NCBI GenBank assembly: GCA_045632025.1
Contig: JAZQVW010000140.1
Span: 1 to 41,975 of the forward strand
Source of the DNA: Candidatus Avispirillum sp.
GTDB taxonomy: Bacteria; Bacillota; Clostridia; Oscillospirales; CAG-272
Length of the DNA stretch: 41,975 nt
Direction of reading: 5' to 3'
The position numbers and the translations under genes were made by a program. The notes beneath the pieces are model-generated. The model was not told the DNA's origin, searched no databases, and saw only the letters and a list, made by a program, of their open reading frames with translations. Below are positions 8,959-19,853 of this stretch, piece by piece. Each line of letters begins with the position of its first letter. Position 1 is the stretch's first letter.

Positions 8959-10308
8959 ATGAACAAGAAAATGAGATCTAAGAAAAAGGTTGGCTTTATC
9001 AGCCTTGGTTGCCCCAAGAATCAGTGCGACACCGAGGTTATGCTTCATACTCTTATGAGCGCAGGCTATGAGATCACAGCCGAGGAAACTGAAGCAGATG
9101 CCGTTGTTATAAACACCTGCGGCTTTATTGAAAGCGCAAAGCAGGAGGCTATTGATAACATTCTTGATATCGCCTGGCTTAAGGAAAACGGAAAGCTTCA
9201 GGCGCTTATCGTTACAGGTTGCCTTTCCGAAAGATACAGAGAACAGCTGATCAACGAAATGCCCGAGATCGACGCTATTATCGGTATCGGCGCTCTTGAT
9301 AAGATCACAGACGCTGTTGACTCCGCTCTCTTTGGTAGCGACAAATATATCGCTCTCCCCGAAAAGGATGCTTGCCCCCTCGGAGGCGACCGAATCATCA
9401 CAACAGGCGAGACATTCGCTTATCTTAAGGTCAGCGAGGGATGCGACAACAGATGCACATACTGCGCTATCCCCTCTATCCGCGGCGGACTTCGCTCCCG
9501 CACGATCGAGGATTGCGTTAAGGAGGCAAAGGACCTTGATGCAATGGGCATCAAGGAGATCGTTGTTATCGCTCAGGATACGACCGCTTACGGACGCGAT
9601 AACTACGGCGAGCTTATGCTCCCCAAGCTTCTCCGCGCTATCACAGAGGAAACAAATATCCCCTGGATCAGAATCCTCTATTGCTATCCCGATAAGATCA
9701 CAGACGAGCTTATCGCAGAAATGAGAGATAACGACCGTATCGTTAAATATATCGACCTTCCCATCCAGCACATCAGCGACCATATGCTCGCTGCAATGAA
9801 CCGCCACGGCGACGGCGCTTGCGTTCGCGATGCTATCCGCAGACTCCGCGAGGGCGTTCCCGGAATCGTTATCCGCACAACAGCTATCGTTGGCTTCCCC
9901 GGAGAAACTGAGGAAGACTTCACAGAGCTTTGCAAATTCGTTAAGGAAGCTAAGTTTGAGCGCTTTGGCGCCTTTACATACTCCAGAGAAGAGGACACTC
10001 CCGCATACGACTTCGACGATCAGATCGACGAGCAGGTAAAGCAGGACAGATACGATATCCTTATGCGCCATCAGCTTGAGGTAAGCGGCGACTACAACGA
10101 GCAGTTCGTCGGCACAACTCAGATGGTTCTCTGCGAGGGCTTTGACCCCGTTTCCGAGGCATATCTCGGCAGAACCTACAGAGACGCGGCTGAGATCGAC
10201 GGCAAGATCTGGTTTACTGCTCATCGCCCCGTTAACGAAGGAGAATTCGTTTCCGTTAAGATAACAGAAGCCCTTGATTACGACCTTGTTGGAGAAGTTA
10301 TCGTTTAA
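8959..10308 (+). CDS. rimO: Ribosomal protein S12 methylthiotransferase RimO
   Basis: UPF0004 N-terminal domain (ISLGCPKNQCDTE), radical SAM CDNRCTYC motif and a C-terminal TRAM domain. The ATG at 8959 is preferred over the longer ORF-track start, which overlaps recX. Confidence 0.93.
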   Translation: MNKKMRSKKKVGFISLGCPKNQCDTEVMLHTLMSAGYEITAEETEADAVVINTCGFIESAKQEAIDNILDIAWLKENGKLQALIVTGCLSERYREQLINEMPEIDAIIGIGALDKITDAVDSALFGSDKYIALPEKDACPLGGDRIITTGETFAYLKVSEGCDNRCTYCAIPSIRGGLRSRTIEDCVKEAKDLDAMGIKEIVVIAQDTTAYGRDNYGELMLPKLLRAITEETNIPWIRILYCYPDKITDELIAEMRDNDRIVKYIDLPIQHISDHMLAAMNRHGDGACVRDAIRRLREGVPGIVIRTTAIVGFPGETEEDFTELCKFVKEAKFERFGAFTYSREEDTPAYDFDDQIDEQVKQDRYDILMRHQLEVSGDYNEQFVGTTQMVLCEGFDPVSEAYLGRTYRDAAEIDGKIWFTAHRPVNEGEFVSVKITEALDYDLVGEVIV

Positions 10309-10310
10309 AA

Positions 10311-11081
10311 ATGATCAAGGTTTCAACGCTTTTTTCAGGTTCAGCAGGAAACTGCACGCTTCTTCGAACAGATAATACCGCCGTTCTGGTTGACTGCGGC
10401 AGAAATTGCAAGGCTGTTTGCGAAGGACTTCGCGCCGAGGGGCTGGAGCTTTCGGATATTTCCGCAATTTTCATCACCCACGAGCATAAGGACCATATAA
10501 GCGCACTTGACGTTATGATGAGAAGGTGCGCTATCCCCATCCACGTGACCTCCCCCTCCGCTCCCGAGCTTTGTAGGGGAAGAAGCGCGGCTGAAAACGC
10601 CGTAATTCACCGCGGAGTTCTCTTTGAGGAAAGAGTTGGGGATATAACCCTTCGCTCCTTCGCTCTCCCTCACGACAGCGCCGCCCACGTTGGCTACGTT
10701 GCAACTGACGACTCGGGAGACCGCGCAGGAGTTGCAACAGATATGGGCTTTGCCACAAGAGATGCCTTTGAAAGCCTTTGCGGATGCCGCCAGATAGTTC
10801 TGGAGGCAAACCACGATATCGCAATGCTGAGACGCGGTCCCTATCCCGAATTTCTCAAGGCGAGAATACTCTCCCGCGGAGGACATCTTTCAAACGTTGA
10901 ATGCGCCGCTCTTTGCCGCGGACTTGCGGAAAACGGAACACAGGCCTTTCTCCTTTCACATCTCAGCTCAGAAAATAATACACCCGCGCTTGCTCTTGAA
11001 ACAGTTCAGTCCTGCCTTGACGAAGGAAATATCAAGGCTCACCTGAAGGTTGCACGACGCAGCGAGATTACGGATCTATAA
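10311..11081 (+). CDS. MBL-fold metallo-hydrolase (YycJ-like)
   Basis: HxHxDH motif (ITHEHKDHISAL) plus downstream His/Asp ligands. Confidence 0.85.
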   Translation: MIKVSTLFSGSAGNCTLLRTDNTAVLVDCGRNCKAVCEGLRAEGLELSDISAIFITHEHKDHISALDVMMRRCAIPIHVTSPSAPELCRGRSAAENAVIHRGVLFEERVGDITLRSFALPHDSAAHVGYVATDDSGDRAGVATDMGFATRDAFESLCGCRQIVLEANHDIAMLRRGPYPEFLKARILSRGGHLSNVECAALCRGLAENGTQAFLLSHLSSENNTPALALETVQSCLDEGNIKAHLKVARRSEITDL

Positions 11082-11083
11082 TT

Positions 11084-11566
11084 ATGCTTAAAATAAAATT
11101 TATAGTTATGGGCGCTCTTGGCGAAAAGCATTGGAAAGAGGCCTGTGAAGAATATAAAAAGAGAATGGGAGCCTCCTATCAGGTGTCTGAAATACAGCTG
11201 AAGGAGATAGCAACTCCCAAGAACCCCTCGGAAAAGGATATTGCGGCAACACTTGACCGCGAAGCCGATATGATCCTTGAAAACGTTTCTCCCCGCGCCT
11301 GCCTTGTTGCAATGTGCGTTGAGGGAAAGCAGCTCTCCTCTCCCCAGCTTGCCGAATTTATCGATAACAAGGCAACGGGAGGAGTTTCCGAGATCTGCTT
11401 CGTTATCGGCTCGTCTCACGGCCTTTCCGATAAGGTCAAAAAGGCGGCGGCACTGCGCCTTTCAATGTCAGCGCTCACATTCCCCCATCAGCTTGCAAGA
11501 GTTATGCTCTATGAGGCGGTTTACCGCGCAGGCGAGATCATAAAGGGCTCACACTACCACAAATAA
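11084..11566 (+). CDS. rlmH: 23S rRNA (pseudouridine1915-N3)-methyltransferase RlmH
   Basis: SPOUT fold, ~160 aa, with a C-terminal FVIGSSHGLS…LSMSALTFPHQLARVMLYEAVYRA block. Confidence 0.93.
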   Translation: MLKIKFIVMGALGEKHWKEACEEYKKRMGASYQVSEIQLKEIATPKNPSEKDIAATLDREADMILENVSPRACLVAMCVEGKQLSSPQLAEFIDNKATGGVSEICFVIGSSHGLSDKVKKAAALRLSMSALTFPHQLARVMLYEAVYRAGEIIKGSHYHK

Positions 11567-11576
11567 GGAGATAAAA

Positions 11577-13577
11577 ATGAAAGGTTTTTTTGAAAATCTG
11601 CTTTTTCATATAAAACGAAGAGTGCCTGCCATTGTGGCAAGTGCTTTCATTTTGTGCGCCTTTGCCCTTTACTATTTTGGAATTTATGATATCTCCTTTA
11701 TAAAGCGTCCCGATGCCTGGATGGATAATGCAACTCTGTTTTACGATGCTATGGACGAGATCTTCGGGCGCGAGGAGGAAACCACTCCCGCTCCTGAAAC
11801 AGAACCCGTAGAAACAGAGGATCCCGAAACAAAGCCCCTTGAAACAGAGCCTCAGGAGACAACACCTCCCGAAACAGAGCCTGAGGAAACTACTCCTCCC
11901 GAAACTGAGCCCGAGGAAACAAAGGATCCCGAGATCACACCCTCTACCGTTATGCCCACGGTCAGTCAGCTTGAGGCAGAGGATTTTTCTCTTACGGACA
12001 CTCCCTACGGAGAGGGCCATAAATTTGCGCTCCTTAAGACCTCGTATAAGCTTCCCAATAAGCTTTCCTTCAGAGATAAGACCTACAAAAAGAACGAGGT
12101 CGTTTCCTATGACGACGGTAAGCTCTCCGAAATAAAAACAGTTACCGTTACAGAGGACAGACTTGCCATAGAGCTTTATATGGGCTATATCCTCTACGAC
12201 GACGGCGGTAAGCTTTATCTTCTTGATTCAAAGGGAAATGCCCTCACCAAATACGACGACAAGGAGTTTATACCCGCTTATACAAGAGACAGAGAGGGAC
12301 GTCCTCTTTTCTATCAGGTAGTAGAGGAAACTATTGAATATCCCACCGAGTACGGCGAATTGGACGAGGAGGGCAAGCGCCCTTGGCTGAAGACCGCCAA
12401 GCTTAAGGTTGATAAGAAAAAATATTTCTATCTTGACGAGGACGGCAAGACCTTTACGGAAAGCACATACAACGATGCGACCGACAACAGAGGTCTTTAC
12501 TTTGACTATCCCGCATATTACGGTATCACCGACGAGGACGATACCGAAAAGGGCCTCGTTCGCTATTTCAAATATGCAACCAAAATACTTACACAGACAG
12601 TGACTGAAAAGGGCAAGGAGAAAAAGATCACATCCCTTGTTGACGTTGTCAGCTGGCTCTTTGACGAAAAAATAGAGCTTCCCGAGGACGAAAAGACCGA
12701 AGGGAAGACGGAAAAGACAGAGGAAACCACCGCTGTTGATTCAAGCGAAACAACACCCGATGGCGAGGAGATCAAATCTCCGCTTCAGCAGAAGGTTGAA
12801 GAGCTTCTTGAGGGGCAGGAGTTCCTCTATTCAAAGGCTTACGATTACAAGGAAGGCCATGCCGTTGTTCTTCGCGACGTTACCTGGAGCTATAAGGACC
12901 CCGACCTCTCAAAGGCTGAGGCTGATAAGGCTGAGCCCATTGAAGTGACTGCGCCCGAGATTCAGGTTATTGACGAAGAAGGTAAGGTAATGTTCACATC
13001 CCGCAAGAGCTTCACAAGCGACCTCGGCTGGAATGCAAACGAATACTACACCGAGCCGCTTCTTCGCGATATCTCCTCCATCGGAAGCTATTATTTTGAC
13101 CACGGACTTCTCCGAATCCGACTCGTTTCCTACGACAGATATCAGTATATCAAATACGATATGTTTATGGTCGGCACGGATGACGACCTGCTTATCCGCC
13201 CCGACGGAACAAGATTCTATATCCCTGCAGGCTATAAGCTTGAAGGATATTCCGACGGAATGCTCCTCCTCTCAAGAAACGGCCTTTACGGCTATATGAA
13301 CTACAGAGGAAAATGGGTGGTCGAGCCCGAGCTTAAATACGGCGGCGCATTCGTTGAGGGCGTTGCCGCTATCCAGACAAGCGACGGTAAATGGGGTATG
13401 ATAGACACAAACGGCAATGCCGTTATCCCCTTTAAATATTCCTACGTTTCCAATATCTCAAGCGGCGTCGTTGCAGCCTACAGCGACAGCACGGGCTGGG
13501 AAATATACCATAAGATGGCCGTTATTGAGGATGAAGAGGACAAAGACGATAAAAAAGACAACAAAAAAGCTAATTAA
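11577..13577 (+). CDS. Membrane-anchored WG-repeat protein
   Basis: N-terminal TM helix, T/E/P-rich linker and C-terminal KWG-type repeats (GLYGYMNYRGKWVVEP…DGKWGMIDTNGNAVIPFKY). Confidence 0.8.
   Translation: MKGFFENLLFHIKRRVPAIVASAFILCAFALYYFGIYDISFIKRPDAWMDNATLFYDAMDEIFGREEETTPAPETEPVETEDPETKPLETEPQETTPPETEPEETTPPETEPEETKDPEITPSTVMPTVSQLEAEDFSLTDTPYGEGHKFALLKTSYKLPNKLSFRDKTYKKNEVVSYDDGKLSEIKTVTVTEDRLAIELYMGYILYDDGGKLYLLDSKGNALTKYDDKEFIPAYTRDREGRPLFYQVVEETIEYPTEYGELDEEGKRPWLKTAKLKVDKKKYFYLDEDGKTFTESTYNDATDNRGLYFDYPAYYGITDEDDTEKGLVRYFKYATKILTQTVTEKGKEKKITSLVDVVSWLFDEKIELPEDEKTEGKTEKTEETTAVDSSETTPDGEEIKSPLQQKVEELLEGQEFLYSKAYDYKEGHAVVLRDVTWSYKDPDLSKAEADKAEPIEVTAPEIQVIDEEGKVMFTSRKSFTSDLGWNANEYYTEPLLRDISSIGSYYFDHGLLRIRLVSYDRYQYIKYDMFMVGTDDDLLIRPDGTRFYIPAGYKLEGYSDGMLLLSRNGLYGYMNYRGKWVVEPELKYGGAFVEGVAAIQTSDGKWGMIDTNGNAVIPFKYSYVSNISSGVVAAYSDSTGWEIYHKMAVIEDEEDKDDKKDNKKAN
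11836..11925 (+). repeat. Three tandem ~30-nt units encoding the ETEPxETTPP linker
   Basis: CCTCCCGAAACAGAGCCTGAGGAAACTACT is followed directly by CCTCCCGAAACTGAGCCCGAGGAAACAAAG and preceded by a more diverged copy. Confidence 0.6.
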
Positions 13578-13589
13578 AAGGACTAACAA

Positions 13590-15467
13590 ATGTCAGTTTA
13601 CGAGTACGATATAATCGTTGTTGGCGCGGGCCACGCAGGCGTTGAGGCCGCTCTTGCAGGCGCAAGAAGCGGACTTAAAACGGCGCTTTTCACAATGAGC
13701 CTTGACAGCCTTGCAAATCTGCCCTGCAACCCCTCCGTCGGAGGCACGGGCAAGGGTCATCTTGTTTTTGAAATAGATGCCCTCGGCGGCGAAATGGGCT
13801 ACGCGGCCGATGCCGCAACGATACAGTCCCGCACACTTAATACGGGAAAGGGAGCAGCCGTTCGCTCCAAAAGAGTTCAGGCAGACAGAAAATTCTATTC
13901 CGCCTTTATGAAAACAACTCTTGAGCAGACCGAAAACCTGCATATCATTCAGGGCGAGATAACAGATATCCTTTATGAAAGCGCAGGAGATAAAAAGAAA
14001 GCTTGCGGCGTTATCAGCGCCCCCGGCGGCGAGCATATGGCAAAGGCCGTTGTTATCGCAACGGGAACTTATCCCGGAGGAACGACTCACGTTGGCAACG
14101 TTAAGCGCGCAAGCGGACCTGACGGCCTTCTCCCCTCCGCATTCCTTTCCGAATCCCTTTCAAATATGGGTATCAAGCTGATGAGATTCAAAACGGGAAC
14201 TCCTCCCAGAATCCACCGCGGAACTATTGACTTCAGCGTCCTTGAGGAGCAGCAGGGAGAGGATTATATCACCCCATTCTCCGTTCGCAGTGACGCTAAA
14301 AAGCTTAACAGCATAGATCAGATCCCCTGCCACATCGTTTACACAAACGGGGAAACTCATCAGATAATCCGAGATAATCTCCATCTCTCTCCCCTTTATA
14401 GCGGTCAGATCCACGGAACGGGACCTCGCTATTGCCCCTCCATTGAGGATAAGGTGGTCCGCTTTGCAGATAAGGAGCGCCATCAGCTCTTCGTTGAGCC
14501 TATGGGACTTGATACCGACGAAATGTATCTTCAGGGCTTTTCTTCATCCCTGCCTGCAGAGGTTCAGTACAAAATGCTCCGCAGTCTGCCCGGCTTTGAA
14601 AATGCGGAAATTATGCGATATGCATATGCTATAGAATACGATTGCTGTGACCCCACTCAGCTTCTTGCAACTCTCCAGTTCAAGAATATTGAGGGACTTT
14701 TCGGCGCAGGACAGTTTAACGGCTCCTCGGGGTATGAGGAGGCGGCGGCTCAGGGCCTCGTTGCGGGAATCAACGCCGCGGCTTACGTTAAGGGCACGCC
14801 TGCACTTATTTTGCCCAGATATTCCTCCTATACGGGAACTCTCATTGACGACCTTGTAACAAAGGGAACGAGAGAGCCCTACAGAATCATGACCTCCCGA
14901 AGCGAATACCGACTGCTTCTCCGCCAGGATAATGCAGACCTTCGCCTCACTCAGATGGGACGCGACGTTGGTCTTATTGACGACGACCGCTACAGTGCTT
15001 TTATCCATCGACGCAGAGTGACAGAGGCAGAGAAGGAGCGTCTTGAAAGAACGACAGCCTCTCCCACAGCGGCAAACCCCGTGCTTGAAAAATGCAACAG
15101 CACTCCCATCACAACGGGCGCAAAGCTTGCAGACCTGCTTCGCCGTCCCGAAGTTGATTATGCCGCTCTCGCAGAATGCGACAGAGAAAGGGAAGAATTG
15201 CCTCCTCGCGTTTGCGAAACTGTTGAAACAGAGATCAAATACGAGGGATATATCAAGCGACAGATCTCCGAGGCCGAAAAGCAGAAAAAGATCGAAGCAA
15301 AGCTTCTCCCCGCCGATATTGATTACACAAAGATAAAGGGCCTTCGCCTTGAGGCCGCGGCAAAGCTGCAGGAAATGCGCCCTGCAACCCTTGGTCAGGC
15401 CGCAAGAATCTCAGGCGTTAACCCTGCAGACATCTCCGTTCTTGTTATTTATCTCTCGCTGAAATGA
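13590..15467 (+). CDS. mnmG: tRNA uridine 5-carboxymethylaminomethyl modification enzyme MnmG (GidA)
   Basis: FAD-binding VVGAGHAGVEAA N-terminus, the GPRYCPSIEDK block and the expected length of 625 aa. Confidence 0.97.
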   Translation: MSVYEYDIIVVGAGHAGVEAALAGARSGLKTALFTMSLDSLANLPCNPSVGGTGKGHLVFEIDALGGEMGYAADAATIQSRTLNTGKGAAVRSKRVQADRKFYSAFMKTTLEQTENLHIIQGEITDILYESAGDKKKACGVISAPGGEHMAKAVVIATGTYPGGTTHVGNVKRASGPDGLLPSAFLSESLSNMGIKLMRFKTGTPPRIHRGTIDFSVLEEQQGEDYITPFSVRSDAKKLNSIDQIPCHIVYTNGETHQIIRDNLHLSPLYSGQIHGTGPRYCPSIEDKVVRFADKERHQLFVEPMGLDTDEMYLQGFSSSLPAEVQYKMLRSLPGFENAEIMRYAYAIEYDCCDPTQLLATLQFKNIEGLFGAGQFNGSSGYEEAAAQGLVAGINAAAYVKGTPALILPRYSSYTGTLIDDLVTKGTREPYRIMTSRSEYRLLLRQDNADLRLTQMGRDVGLIDDDRYSAFIHRRRVTEAEKERLERTTASPTAANPVLEKCNSTPITTGAKLADLLRRPEVDYAALAECDREREELPPRVCETVETEIKYEGYIKRQISEAEKQKKIEAKLLPADIDYTKIKGLRLEAAAKLQEMRPATLGQAARISGVNPADISVLVIYLSLK

Positions 15468-16294
15468 AATACTCAAGAGCTTACGTTGAAATAACAAATA
15501 TCTGCAATAAAAACTGCTCCTTTTGCCCTAAAAACAAGCGCGAAAAGAGAAGAATGACGGAAGGCGAATTCGAGATAGTGGCTAATAAGCTTCGCGGCAT
15601 CACCGATTATAGCTATTATCACGTTATGGGCGAGCCGCTGACTCATCCACTCCTTCCGCACTTTATAAAAAAGGCAAACGAGCTTGGCTTCAAATCTGCC
15701 GTTACAACAAACGGCTCCCTCCTGGCTTCCCGCGGAGACGAGCTGATAGAAGCAGAGGTTTATAAGGTCAATATCTCTGTTCACAGCTTTGAGGACGGAG
15801 ACAAAGAAGACTACCTTCGCTATATTAACGATTGTATTGATTTTGCAGATAAGGCAAGCAAAAGCGGAGTTCTCACAGTTCTTCGCCTGTGGAACAACGG
15901 CCACGACGGCGGCCTTAACGACGAAACCCTCGCTCTTATGCGGTCCCGCCTTGAAGGCGAATGGAAAATGGGCCCGAGAGGCTATCGCATCCGCCACAAG
16001 CTTCACCTTGAATACGGCGAGCGCTTTGATTGGCCCGATATGACGGCGGACAATTACGGAAACGACGTTTTCTGCTACGGACTGAAGGACCATTTCGGAG
16101 TGCTCTGCGACGGAACGGTTATCCCGTGCTGTCTTGACCACGAGGGAGATATCCCTCTTGGCAATATTTTTACAGACAACATAGAAAATATCCTTTCCTC
16201 TCCTCGCGCCGAGGCAATGCGATGCGGCTTTGCCAACAGATGTGCAACAGAGGAGCTTTGCCGCCGTTGCGGCTACGCAAGAAGGTTTAAATAA
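15464..16294 (+). CDS. Radical SAM / SPASM-domain protein
   Basis: CNKNCSFCP (CxxxCxxC) near the N-terminus and a Cys-rich C-terminus (CDGTVIPCCLD … CRRCG). Its start overlaps the mnmG stop (ATGA). Confidence 0.85.
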   Translation: MKYSRAYVEITNICNKNCSFCPKNKREKRRMTEGEFEIVANKLRGITDYSYYHVMGEPLTHPLLPHFIKKANELGFKSAVTTNGSLLASRGDELIEAEVYKVNISVHSFEDGDKEDYLRYINDCIDFADKASKSGVLTVLRLWNNGHDGGLNDETLALMRSRLEGEWKMGPRGYRIRHKLHLEYGERFDWPDMTADNYGNDVFCYGLKDHFGVLCDGTVIPCCLDHEGDIPLGNIFTDNIENILSSPRAEAMRCGFANRCATEELCRRCGYARRFK

Positions 16295-16328
16295 CCAAGC
16301 ATAGCTATCAGATCACAGGAGAAAAACA

Positions 16329-18503
16329 ATGAAAGCCATCAATTTCAGACCCCTTGCAACCTTTTGCCTTTCATTTTTTATCTCCGCCATAATTATTTGC
16401 ACAGTTCATTCAGGCAAGCTGCCCTATGCGGCAGCTTTGCTTGTATTAGCTGTGCTTTTCTTTTTTATTTCACGCAAATTGAAGAGAAATCTCTATTTTC
16501 GCTCCCTTGGAATCATTTTCCTTGCTGTCTCAGCCTCACTTTTATTTACTCATCTCACTATAGATACACCAATTAAGGAATACGAGGCTCTGTCCGGAAA
16601 TCATACTGCATCGGGTAAGATATGCGACGTTGTTTGGACCAATTCCACAGGAAGCGGATATCTTGCAAAAATAACAGAGCTTGACGGCGAGCCTGCCGAT
16701 TTTAAGGTATCCCTTGAAGCCCCCGACGTTTACGCTCAGGGCGACACCTTCTCGGGAACAATCACCCTTTCTCCTCTCACCTCGCCTCCCAATTTCAACT
16801 CAAGACGATTTTATCTCAGCCTGGGCGCCTTTCTTTCAGCTGATGGCACGGATATTGAATATACGGGGAAAGATATTTCTCTGAACGACCGCCTTGACTA
16901 TGCCAACGAGGCCATGAGCGCAAGATTTGTTACACTTATGGGCGAGAGAAACGGAGGCCTTACGGCATCGATGTTTCTCGGCAACCGCGATTATCTGCAG
17001 GACGATTTCTACACAGCAGTTAAAAACCTTGGACTTGCCCACGTTATAGCCCTCTCCGGTATGCATCTGACGGTCATCTGCGCTATGCTGAGCATTTTCC
17101 TCTCTAATATAAACGCAAAAGCCAGCCGCCTTTGCGCTATTCCCATAGTTGGCTTTTATATTATCATAACAGGCTTTTTCGCCTCCATCGTCCGCGCGGG
17201 AATAATGCTTGCCTGCTATAATCTGATATCATTCACCAAGCGCTCCACCGACCAACCGACGAATCTTGGAATTTCCGCCATCCTTATCGTTCTTTTTGAC
17301 CCCGCATCCCTTTTTGACCTTGGCTTTCAGCTTTCCGTTGCGGCAATGCTGGGTGTTTTTGCAACGCTGAAAATAATGGGTGGCACCTCCGATTTCGAAA
17401 GCAACAGAAAAAGAGCCATAAAGGCTCTCCTTGTTCCCGTTGTGATGAGCTTTATTTCAATGGCGTTCACAATGATAATAGTTGTGGTATATTTCGGGTA
17501 TATAACCCCCGCAGCTATAATTGCCACGGTGCCCTTTGCCTGGTTTGGCGACCTTATTCTATGGATGTCTCCCTTCGTTTTGCTTTTCGGTCGCCTTCCT
17601 CTTATAGGAAACGTACTTTGCACCCTTTGCTCATTCCCATGCATTGCCTTCGACCGACTTGCCCTCCTTTTCGGCCAATCAAGCAAGGTTATCGTAACCG
17701 TTCGGGAGGACCATCAGATATGGCTTGCCATTCTTTTTTCCATCACCTTTATGGTGATATTCGTTATTGATTCAAAAAGAATACGCAGGATCGTCTTTGC
17801 CATCTCTATGACCCTGCTTGCAGCATTTATAGCTCTCAGCTCTTATTTGGGTTGGAAGGAATATAACAGCATCAAGCTTGACGCCATATACGACAATTCG
17901 AGCGAGGGCTTTGTTCTCTCCTCGCAAAACGATTGTATCGCAATAGATATTTCAAACGGCACAAAGGGACTTTATTGCGATATGGCAGATACCGCCTTCA
18001 ATCAGATGTCGGATAATATAGACTGTCTGGTAATAGCAAATCCTCATCCCGCTCACGCCTCCGCCTTTACGTATCTTAACGGGAATATTAAGGTGATGAC
18101 CGTTTATATGCCCGACGAGGAGGACTCCCATCTCGTCGCCCTTCAGATGCCTGAAAATATAGAGATAATCTACTACACCCAAGGGCAGTTTCTTGAATTT
18201 TCAGACTTTACGCTCACAACCTATCGTGATACCTATCTTTCACGCTCGGTAGTGCCCATCGTTCAGTTCAAAATAGAATCTAAAGACGTAAGCTTCTTCT
18301 ATATGGGCGCGGCGGCAGAGGAGGCAGGCATCAAGCCTCCCAGATCGGATATTATCTGGCTCGGAAGCTACGGCCCCAAATTCAGATCAGAACCCAATAC
18401 GGACTATGACGCAGACCGCGTTATATCCAAAGCCGCAACGCAAAAATACCTGGGTGGATACTCTCAGCGCTCATATGAAAAATTTGTACTTTTTAGCCCA
18501 TAA
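16329..18503 (+). CDS. comEC: ComEC/Rec2 family DNA internalisation protein
   Basis: Polytopic membrane core with GLAHVIALSGMHLTVI and FQLSVAAMLG blocks, plus a C-terminal beta-lactamase-like region. Confidence 0.85.
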   Translation: MKAINFRPLATFCLSFFISAIIICTVHSGKLPYAAALLVLAVLFFFISRKLKRNLYFRSLGIIFLAVSASLLFTHLTIDTPIKEYEALSGNHTASGKICDVVWTNSTGSGYLAKITELDGEPADFKVSLEAPDVYAQGDTFSGTITLSPLTSPPNFNSRRFYLSLGAFLSADGTDIEYTGKDISLNDRLDYANEAMSARFVTLMGERNGGLTASMFLGNRDYLQDDFYTAVKNLGLAHVIALSGMHLTVICAMLSIFLSNINAKASRLCAIPIVGFYIIITGFFASIVRAGIMLACYNLISFTKRSTDQPTNLGISAILIVLFDPASLFDLGFQLSVAAMLGVFATLKIMGGTSDFESNRKRAIKALLVPVVMSFISMAFTMIIVVVYFGYITPAAIIATVPFAWFGDLILWMSPFVLLFGRLPLIGNVLCTLCSFPCIAFDRLALLFGQSSKVIVTVREDHQIWLAILFSITFMVIFVIDSKRIRRIVFAISMTLLAAFIALSSYLGWKEYNSIKLDAIYDNSSEGFVLSSQNDCIAIDISNGTKGLYCDMADTAFNQMSDNIDCLVIANPHPAHASAFTYLNGNIKVMTVYMPDEEDSHLVALQMPENIEIIYYTQGQFLEFSDFTLTTYRDTYLSRSVVPIVQFKIESKDVSFFYMGAAAEEAGIKPPRSDIIWLGSYGPKFRSEPNTDYDADRVISKAATQKYLGGYSQRSYEKFVLFSP

Positions 18504-18537
18504 TCCTATTAAAATTTAGAAAATGATTATATAATTC

Positions 18538-18566
18538 TTGCAATTACAGAAACCATACTGTATAAT
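18538..18566 (+). promoter_or_regulatory. Sigma-A type promoter upstream of metA
   Basis: TTGCAA, 17-nt spacer, TATAAT. The leader is too short for a riboswitch. Confidence 0.5.
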
Positions 18567-18606
18567 ATACTATGTATAATGATATTCAGCGGAAGGAAAA
18601 GACTAA

Positions 18607-19524
18607 ATGCCTATAAAGATACCGACAGCTCTGCCTGCAACTGAAGTGCTCCAGAGCGAAAATATTTTTGTTATAACAGAAACAAGAGCTATAACTCAGG
18701 ATATCCGCCCGCTGAGAATAGCAGTTCTCAACCTTATGCCCACTAAGATAGTTACGGAAACTCAGCTTGCCCGACTTCTCGGCAACACACCCCTTCAGGT
18801 TGAGATAGAATTGCTCCATACAGTTTCTCATAAGGCGAAAAACACGTCTGAGGAGCATATGCTCTCATTCTATCGCACCTTTGAGGACGTTAAAAACGAA
18901 AAGTTTGACGGACTTATTATAACAGGCGCTCCCGTTGAGCATCTTGAATTTGAGGACGTTGAATATTGGGACGAGCTTTGCCGCATAATGGAATGGTCAA
19001 AAACTCACGTTACAAGCACCTTCCACATCTGCTGGGGCGCTCAGGCAGGACTTTATTACCACTACGGAATTAAAAAGTTCCATCTGGACGAAAAACTCTC
19101 CGGCGTTTATAAGCACCACAAGGATAAGGAAAATGCAATTCTTCTTCGTGGATTTGACGACGAATTTATGGTTCCTCAGTCAAGACACACTTATACAAAA
19201 CGCGAGGACGTTGAAAACGAGCCCCGCCTTAAGATCCTTGCATCCGGCAAGGAAGCAGGCGTTTATGCGGTTATGAACCACGGCGGAAGCCAGGTGTTTA
19301 TCACAGGACATTCCGAATATGACCGCGACACCTTGAAGAGGGAATATCTCAGAGATAAGGCTGCAGGCCTTAACCCCCATATTCCCGTCAACTATTTCCC
19401 TGATGACGACGATACAAAGGATCCCGTTGTTTCTTGGAGAGGCCACGCAAACCTCCTCTTCTCCAACTGGCTCAACTATTTCGTTTATCAGACAACACCC
19501 TACGACATTAACCAGATCGGCTAA
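18607..19524 (+). CDS. metA: Homoserine O-acyltransferase MetA
   Basis: MPIKIP… N-terminus, and the NLMPTKI and HICWGAQA active-site blocks. Confidence 0.93.
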   Translation: MPIKIPTALPATEVLQSENIFVITETRAITQDIRPLRIAVLNLMPTKIVTETQLARLLGNTPLQVEIELLHTVSHKAKNTSEEHMLSFYRTFEDVKNEKFDGLIITGAPVEHLEFEDVEYWDELCRIMEWSKTHVTSTFHICWGAQAGLYYHYGIKKFHLDEKLSGVYKHHKDKENAILLRGFDDEFMVPQSRHTYTKREDVENEPRLKILASGKEAGVYAVMNHGGSQVFITGHSEYDRDTLKREYLRDKAAGLNPHIPVNYFPDDDDTKDPVVSWRGHANLLFSNWLNYFVYQTTPYDINQIG

Positions 19525-19554
19525 AATACATATTTCAACAAAAGGAGAGAAATT

Positions 19555-19815
19555 ATGGCAGACTTTGCATACGACAAGACACAGACATTTAAAATTCCCA
19601 ACGAGCGCGAGCGCACAACTCGTGAAATTCTCAGCGCAGTTTATTCCGCGCTTCTCGAAAAGGGCTACGACCCCATCAACCAGATCGTTGGATACATCCT
19701 TTCCGAGGATCCCACATACATCACAAACCATAAAAATGCCCGCGCGCTTATCTGCCGCATCGACCGCGATGAGCTTATGGGCAGCCTCGTTAAGAACTAC
19801 CTCGGCATCAGATAA
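19555..19815 (+). CDS. ireB: IreB-family regulatory phosphoprotein (UPF0297)
   Basis: An 86-aa protein with the [27 protein letters not shown] block. Confidence 0.85.
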   Translation: MADFAYDKTQTFKIPNERERTTREILSAVYSALLEKGYDPINQIVGYILSEDPTYITNHKNARALICRIDRDELMGSLVKNYLGIR

Positions 19816-19853
19816 ATTCAGGTCTAATCTACGAAATTCGGAGGAATGGAGTT

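Noticed and set aside
8938-10224. 428-aa minus-strand ORF opposite rimO. Similar long antisense ORFs lie opposite rny, mnmG, the radical-SAM gene, metA/ribF and the Na/Pi gene.
   Set aside because: The same shadow-ORF explanation applies. Each fully overlaps a confidently identified sense gene and lacks start-site signals.
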